This document shows positions 40,285-43,967 of a DNA stretch of 43,967 nucleotides, in pieces (the stretch's first letter is position 1; each line of letters starts with the position of its first letter). The notes below the pieces were generated by a model. The model was not told the DNA's origin. It did no database searches and worked only from the letters and a program-made list of their open reading frames with translations. The DNA is from a virus. The position numbers and the translations under genes are program-made. Location of the stretch: the IMG/VR virus record IMGVR_UViG_3300037473_000101, positions 1-43,967 of that record. One strand, written 5' to 3'.

Positions 40285-40334
40285 TCGCGCCAAACCCTCT
40301 TGACACTTGGTGCGAAGATCGCAATATTGGCGAC
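40285..40334 (+). promoter_or_regulatory. Sigma70-like promoter and overlapping operator for the Cro-like gene, predicting a leaderless mRNA
   Basis: TTGACA at 40300-40305, a 17-nt spacer, and AATATT at 40323-40328. ATG at 40335 lies 7 nt after the -10 element. Inverted repeat TCGCGCCAA (40285-40293) / TTGGTGCGA (40307-40315) brackets the -35 element. Confidence 0.5.
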
Positions 40335-40562
40335 ATGGATGTTGCGAGCCGTGTCATTGAGAAGTTTGGTGGCGCCTACGCACTGGCCGAAAAGCTGAAG
40401 TGCAGGCCGTCCACCATTTACCGCTGGACCCTCCCCAAAAAGCGCGGAGGGACCGGCGGTCACGTTCCCCAGCGGCAGCATGAAAAGCTCCTGAAGCTCG
40501 CGCGCAAGCACAACATCGCCTTGAGCTACGCAGACTTCATTCCGAAGGACGAAGCCGCATGA
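40335..40562 (+). CDS. Cro / YdaS-like small HTH regulator
   Basis: VIEKFGGAYALAEKLKCRPSTIYRW pattern. Divergent from the repressor-like gene. Confidence 0.6.
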   Translation: MDVASRVIEKFGGAYALAEKLKCRPSTIYRWTLPKKRGGTGGHVPQRQHEKLLKLARKHNIALSYADFIPKDEAA

Positions 40563-40786
40563 GTGACAAGACATGGTCGCCGATGGTCTGCGCCGTTTGC
40601 GATGTGACGAGCACCCTCATGGCAGCATTTTTGATCGGTGGCACGGCCTACGCTGTCTTTTGGCATGGGGCCTCTGGCTGGTGGTTCCTGCTGACCGGGT
40701 TCTTTTTGTCGTGCATCACCTGCAAGCACTTCCGCAGCCCCGAGCAAATTGCGGCCGACAAAGGCGAAACGGTGAAGCGGCAATGA
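40559..40786 (+). CDS. Membrane protein (75 aa, two hydrophobic segments)
   Basis: ATGA overlap. TSTLMAAFLIGGTAYAVFW and WWFLLTGFFLSCI. Confidence 0.55.
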   Translation: MSDKTWSPMVCAVCDVTSTLMAAFLIGGTAYAVFWHGASGWWFLLTGFFLSCITCKHFRSPEQIAADKGETVKRQ

Positions 40787-41406
40787 CCTACGTCTCTCCC
40801 GCACTGGAGCGCATGGCGCAGAGGGCGGCTTTGCCTGTATCGGCACAGTATTACCCGCCGATCTTGCCGCCGTATGTCGAGCCGGACGCATGGCCGGAGC
40901 AATGGGTTGTGCGCATTAACGGTGTCCTGGCAGATTTTGCATACACTTCCACCGAAGCCACAGCGGCTTACTTGCGCCTCTGCGATTCCCTCGCTGGCGG
41001 GGTTAGCCAGCATCAGCAAGGAGACCCCCATGCAGGGCAACGCATCAACCATCCAGACGACGAAACAGCTGCTCGAAACGAGCCGGATCGGCGACCGCTT
41101 CGACGCGCAGATCCAGCAGGCAGCGAGCCTCGCGGAGAGGCTGACGACCATCGCGAGCCGGATCATGGGCAGTGCGCCGGAGCCACTGACGGGCGCCAAG
41201 GACAGCGGTCCCACTCCGATCCCGTCGTTCATTCGTGCGACCGACCAGCGCTTCGACACGATGAGTGCGGAGCTGGAGCGGATTTCGGCTGCGGTGAACC
41301 GTCTGGAGCAGTTCGCATAACTTCCGATCCCGCCGATCGACTCCCCTCGGCGGGTACTGCGGCCGATCGCTCCGCACCTTCGACATCCCCCGAAGGGGTG
41401 CGTTGA
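40783..41406 (+). CDS. Hypothetical protein. Only the first 80 or so codons look protein-like, and the rest overlaps the next gene
   Basis: ATGA overlap at 40783. MTYVSPALERMAQRAALPVSAQYYPPILPPYVEPDAWPEQWVVRINGVLADFAYTSTEATAAYLRLCDSLAGG is followed by R/P/D-rich sequence with no stop until 41406. Confidence 0.35.
   Translation: MTYVSPALERMAQRAALPVSAQYYPPILPPYVEPDAWPEQWVVRINGVLADFAYTSTEATAAYLRLCDSLAGGVSQHQQGDPHAGQRINHPDDETAARNEPDRRPLRRADPAGSEPRGEADDHREPDHGQCAGATDGRQGQRSHSDPVVHSCDRPALRHDECGAGADFGCGEPSGAVRITSDPADRLPSAGTAADRSAPSTSPEGVR
41030..41320 (+). CDS. Hypothetical protein (96 aa)
   Basis: ATG at 41030 preceded by AAGGAGACCCCC. MQGNASTIQTTKQLLETSRIGDRFDAQIQQAASLAERL... Confidence 0.55.
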   Translation: MQGNASTIQTTKQLLETSRIGDRFDAQIQQAASLAERLTTIASRIMGSAPEPLTGAKDSGPTPIPSFIRATDQRFDTMSAELERISAAVNRLEQFA

Positions 41407-41561
41407 TGCGGTCGGCCGTTCTTCTTTCTGAGCCTTGCGACGTGCGCCAACACCCGCATGGCTGCGTTCCCGACGTGAAGAGTTCTCTCGGTTCGGTCTT
41501 GCCACTTCATCAACTAACTCCGTCGTCGTCACGCATGGAAACTTATGCGGAGACGCCGGTA

Positions 41562-41885
41562 ATGCCATCGGAGACAAACCGTAGGAATGCAAGGGCTTCC
41601 CTGAACGAAATCAGAAAGTCCTTGCATACCCGACTGTTAACGTCGGTTCCCCTGAGAGAAGTCCCATCGAAGGAAGTTGCGAGGAAAGTAGACGCATCGA
41701 TCGACACGGTTGAGTCCCATCGGGCGGGAAATATTCCGCAGAGCTGGGCCTCCCTTGTTGCGTACTGCCGAGCTTATCCGGCCTTCGGGATGGAAGTCCT
41801 CGAATTGATGGGGATCGACATAGACGCGGATGCGAGAGCGTTTGCTGCGTTCCTCAGTCTCCAGCGACAGGTGAGAGGAGAATGA
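41562..41885 (+). CDS. HTH-like regulator candidate (107 aa)
   Basis: ATG at 41562 preceded by GGAGACGCCGGTA. SKEVARKVDASIDTVESHRAGNIPQSW. Listed ORF is 41403-41885. Confidence 0.5.
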   Translation: MPSETNRRNARASLNEIRKSLHTRLLTSVPLREVPSKEVARKVDASIDTVESHRAGNIPQSWASLVAYCRAYPAFGMEVLELMGIDIDADARAFAAFLSLQRQVRGE

Positions 41886-42205
41886 AATACCCGTGGCTCT
41901 ATGTCGGGGCGAAGGTGGTTTGCGTGGATGCGGAGAGCAGGCCAGCCCCTGGCTGCGGCGACTTCTGGAATCCGCTGGCGCTCAACGCGGTCTATGTGGT
42001 TACCGCCATCATCCCCGATCCTCGCCAAGGCCATGGGATTGTCGTTTGCTTATCCGGCCATCCCAATCCCAATCTGGAGACTGGCGAAGATTACGGGTAC
42101 TCCGCTGGCCGCTTCCGCCCCGTTCTCCCCGACACCTCCAAACAGGTCGAGGCCATGAAGCATCTCATGCTGGACGCGAAGACGCGGGGCAACGTGAACG
42201 CATGA
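41882..42205 (+). CDS. Hypothetical protein (107 aa)
   Basis: ATGA overlap with the upstream gene. Confidence 0.6.
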   Translation: MKYPWLYVGAKVVCVDAESRPAPGCGDFWNPLALNAVYVVTAIIPDPRQGHGIVVCLSGHPNPNLETGEDYGYSAGRFRPVLPDTSKQVEAMKHLMLDAKTRGNVNA

Positions 42206-42336
42206 CCCTGCTCGCCGCCATTCTGCTCCTCCAGATCCCTCTCGGCATCTTCTTCGGTCGGTGCATACGGGTGGGTTCCAACCGCTCAACCTCTTCTCAT
42301 GTCCTCCAGTTCCGCAGGGGAAGGAGATTCGGATGA
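42202..42336 (+). CDS. Small hydrophobic-N-terminus ORF (44 aa), uncertain
   Basis: ATGA overlaps at both ends. MTLLAAILLLQIPLGIFFG... Confidence 0.3.
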   Translation: MTLLAAILLLQIPLGIFFGRCIRVGSNRSTSSHVLQFRRGRRFG

Positions 42337-42614
42337 ACTCAGATTTCTGGACTGACCGCCGTGTTCGCATTCTCACCAGCATGTGGGAAGCAGAGAAGAG
42401 CGCCAGCGTTATCGCCGGAGCGCTCAACTGCACTCGGGATATGGTAATCGGGAAGGCGCATCGGCTGGGCCTTAAGGCTCGCCTGTCGCCGATCAAAGCT
42501 GACGCCGTGCTGACCGAGCAGCGGCGCGCCGCAACAAGGAAAAAGCGCCGTTACTATCTCGTCAACCAGCGTCGCGAATCCATGGGCCTCCCTCCACTCC
42601 CGAGGGAAGCATGA
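42333..42614 (+). CDS. GcrA-like cell-cycle regulator homologue (short, 93 aa)
   Basis: WTDRRVRILTSMWEAEKSASVIAGALNCTRDMVIGKAHRLGLKAR matches the GcrA N-terminal DNA-binding domain. ATG at 42333 follows GGAGATTCGG. Confidence 0.75.
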   Translation: MNSDFWTDRRVRILTSMWEAEKSASVIAGALNCTRDMVIGKAHRLGLKARLSPIKADAVLTEQRRAATRKKRRYYLVNQRRESMGLPPLPREA

Positions 42615-42787
42615 CCGACCAACAGAAAGCCTCCCAACGCCTGCACTACGCCATCAACAGAGCAGCTGATGAATACGGGCGCCCGTTACCAGCAGGGCAA
42701 GCGATGTTCATAGCACAGAAGCTTATGCAGGACTTGCCCACGATAGTGGAGGCCATTGCCAACTCAGCGCAGGGGAAGGCGACATGA
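42611..42787 (+). CDS. Hypothetical protein (58 aa)
   Basis: ATGA coupling at both ends. Under the ORF-track cutoff. Confidence 0.45.
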   Translation: MTDQQKASQRLHYAINRAADEYGRPLPAGQAMFIAQKLMQDLPTIVEAIANSAQGKAT

Positions 42788-42960
42788 AGGCTGCACTGGA
42801 AATTGCACTCGGCGTGCTGGTCGCCTTCGTCGTTATCCCGCCGCTGACATGGGTCTTTTCTGCTGAGACCCCGTTGGTCCTCAAGATGGCGCTGGGCGGC
42901 TGCATAATCGCCTTCGGGTGGAATGTTGTCTGCTTTCTGGATCGGAAGCTAAACCGATGA
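42784..42960 (+). CDS. Small membrane protein (58 aa)
   Basis: ALEIALGVLVAFVVIPPLTWVF and MALGGCIIAFGWNVVCFL. ATGA coupling. Confidence 0.45.
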   Translation: MKAALEIALGVLVAFVVIPPLTWVFSAETPLVLKMALGGCIIAFGWNVVCFLDRKLNR

Positions 42961-43319
42961 CCCTCGCCGACATCCTCGCCAAGCACGGCATCAAGCAAGA
43001 GAAGCCCCCTAAGTATCGAAACGAACGAGTAGGGGAATATGACTCCAAGCTGGAGATGCGAGGCTTTGGGGAATTGCAGATCCGTGAGAAGGCCGGGGAA
43101 ATCTCCGAACTGAAGCTCCACCCTAAGTTCCCGATCGTGTGGCCTGGCGCAGAGTTCCCGCTGACCACGGTCGAAATGGACGCCTCATTCATCGAGAACG
43201 GCGAGCTTCGCGTGATCGACTGGAAGGGCGCTGACACGGCCCTGAGCCGTCTGAAGCGCAACCTCCTCCTCGCAGCATACGGCATCGAAACACAGGTCAT
43301 CAAGAAGGTGAGACGATGA
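42957..43319 (+). CDS. DUF1064-family protein (PD-(D/E)XK-like putative nuclease/resolvase)
   Basis: KYRNERVGEYDSKLEMRGFGELQ...EISELKLHPKF...VEMDASFIENGELRVIDWKG...SRLKRNLL pattern. Confidence 0.55.
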   Translation: MTLADILAKHGIKQEKPPKYRNERVGEYDSKLEMRGFGELQIREKAGEISELKLHPKFPIVWPGAEFPLTTVEMDASFIENGELRVIDWKGADTALSRLKRNLLLAAYGIETQVIKKVRR

Positions 43320-43555
43320 GCACAAAGAACACGGCCACGTTTGCCTATTTCCCCGGCTCTGGCCCTGCTGGGAAGGTCTGCGGTCAGTGCCGCCACTTGA
43401 GGCAGAAACACTCCGACAAAGGCACGGAGATGAAGGGGAAGTTCTTCTGCGACAAGGCGCGAGCCTTCATCAACGTAACCTACGAGACCAAGGCCATTCC
43501 GCGCGACGCGGCTGCCTGCAAGTACTTCGAGGAGAAAGCGACGGTGGCAGCATGA
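43316..43555 (+). CDS. Hypothetical Cys-containing protein (79 aa)
   Basis: ATGA overlaps on both sides. CGQCRHL...FFCDK...AACKYF. Confidence 0.55.
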   Translation: MSTKNTATFAYFPGSGPAGKVCGQCRHLRQKHSDKGTEMKGKFFCDKARAFINVTYETKAIPRDAAACKYFEEKATVAA

Positions 43556-43967
43556 GCCAACGAGACCAGATTGTCCGAGCCCTGAAGCGGGGTGATTCAC
43601 TCGGCCCCTACATCATTATAGGCGACGCGCCGCGGTCCCCGGCTGGACATCGCAGGCTCCGAGTTCAATGCACGGTATGTGGTGGGGAGAAAGTCACCCA
43701 GGTCCACAACGCAGCAAGATCGAAATCTTGCGGGTGTCTGACGAAGCAGATCCTGCGGCAGGCAAGGACCGTTCACGGGCATTCGAAGGGGAGGGGAGGC
43801 AATGGGAGCCCTACCTATAGTTCATGGCATTCGATGCACGAGCGCTGCAAGCGCCCTGGGCACAAGTCCTACGCCGACTATGGCGGCCGGGGGATCACGG
43901 TTTGTGAACGCTGGGAGTCGTTTGAGAATTTCCTTCAGGACATGGGCGAACGCCCGAAGGGGCGCAC
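43552..43967 (+). CDS. HNH-type endonuclease-like protein, 5' portion (continues at position 1 of the circle, ending at 392)
   Basis: ATG at 43552 in an ATGA overlap. No stop to the window end. RVQCTVCGGEKVTQVHNAARSKSCGC...TYSSWHSMHERCKRPGHKSYADYGGRGI. Confidence 0.75.
   Translation, partial: MSQRDQIVRALKRGDSLGPYIIIGDAPRSPAGHRRLRVQCTVCGGEKVTQVHNAARSKSCGCLTKQILRQARTVHGHSKGRGGNGSPTYSSWHSMHERCKRPGHKSYADYGGRGITVCERWESFENFLQDMGERPKGR
43841..43967. repeat. Terminal direct repeat, right copy (identical to 1-127)
   Basis: Base-by-base identity with 1-127. Confidence 0.97.

Larger units (their letters stand above)
1..43840. mobile_element. Complete genome unit of a short-tailed dsDNA phage, probably infecting an alphaproteobacterium
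   Basis: Exact 127-bp end repeat closes the sequence. Full set of packaging, head, neck, ejection-like, fibre/spike, lysis, switch and recombination genes is present. No tape measure, sheath or tube ORF. A GcrA-like gene, GANTC and DnaA-box motifs suggest the host clade. Confidence 0.85.

Noticed and set aside
1-43967. CRISPR arrays, transposases/IS elements and integrase genes
   Set aside because: No regularly spaced direct repeats are present. No ORF has DDE, tyrosine-recombinase (R..H..R..Y) or serine-recombinase signatures. Every ORF over 200 aa is accounted for by structural, recombination or methylase functions, or lacks such motifs.

Overview
The window is one complete, circularly closed phage genome. 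Bases 1-127 are identical to 43841-43967, giving a unit length of 43,840 bp. It is GC-rich and looks like a short-tailed (podovirus-like) phage: there is no tape measure, sheath or tube gene. A GcrA-like gene, GANTC sites and DnaA boxes point to an alphaproteobacterial host.

Layout:
- Plus strand, about 0.4-23.1 kb: DUF1376 protein, small terminase-like protein, TerL, an 817-aa portal, scaffold, major capsid, a cement/decoration-like protein, a DUF115/Maf-like enzyme, neck proteins, a GNAT, four internal-virion-like proteins, a fibre, a lectin-like protein and a SASA/SGNH esterase spike.
- 23.1-23.7 kb: a two-gene cassette on the reverse strand.
- 23.85-25.5 kb: lysis cassette.
- 25.5-29.9 kb: a mosaic accessory and regulatory region.
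- 29.9-39.6 kb: a long minus-strand early operon with a Lar-like fusion protein, YbcO-like protein, SSB, Rad52-type annealase, Gp157-like protein, a C5 methyltransferase and many small Cys-rich ORFs.
- 39.8-40.6 kb: a divergent CI/Cro-like switch.
- 40.6-43.9 kb: plus-strand early genes, including GcrA-like and DUF1064 proteins and an HNH gene that crosses the circular junction.

Most interesting observations:
1. A dif-like XerC/XerD site at 29805-29843 shares a 16-nt exact core with E. coli dif, in a genome where I find no integrase.
2. Five DnaA-box 9-mers, a GANTC-centred palindrome and an AT-rich tract cluster at 28.3-28.6 kb. I find no phage-encoded replication initiator, helicase, primase or polymerase.
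3. A Ser-type (type II) tRNA at 28648-28747 has the anticodon loop CUUUAAA, giving anticodon UUA, a putative ochre suppressor. The capsid gene ends in TAA and is in frame with the downstream cement-like ORF.
4. A DUF115/Maf-like putative glycosyltransferase sits inside the head module.
5. Repeated motifs and two apparently frameshifted genes occur in the accessory region.

All functional calls come from motif recognition by eye. No database search was run.
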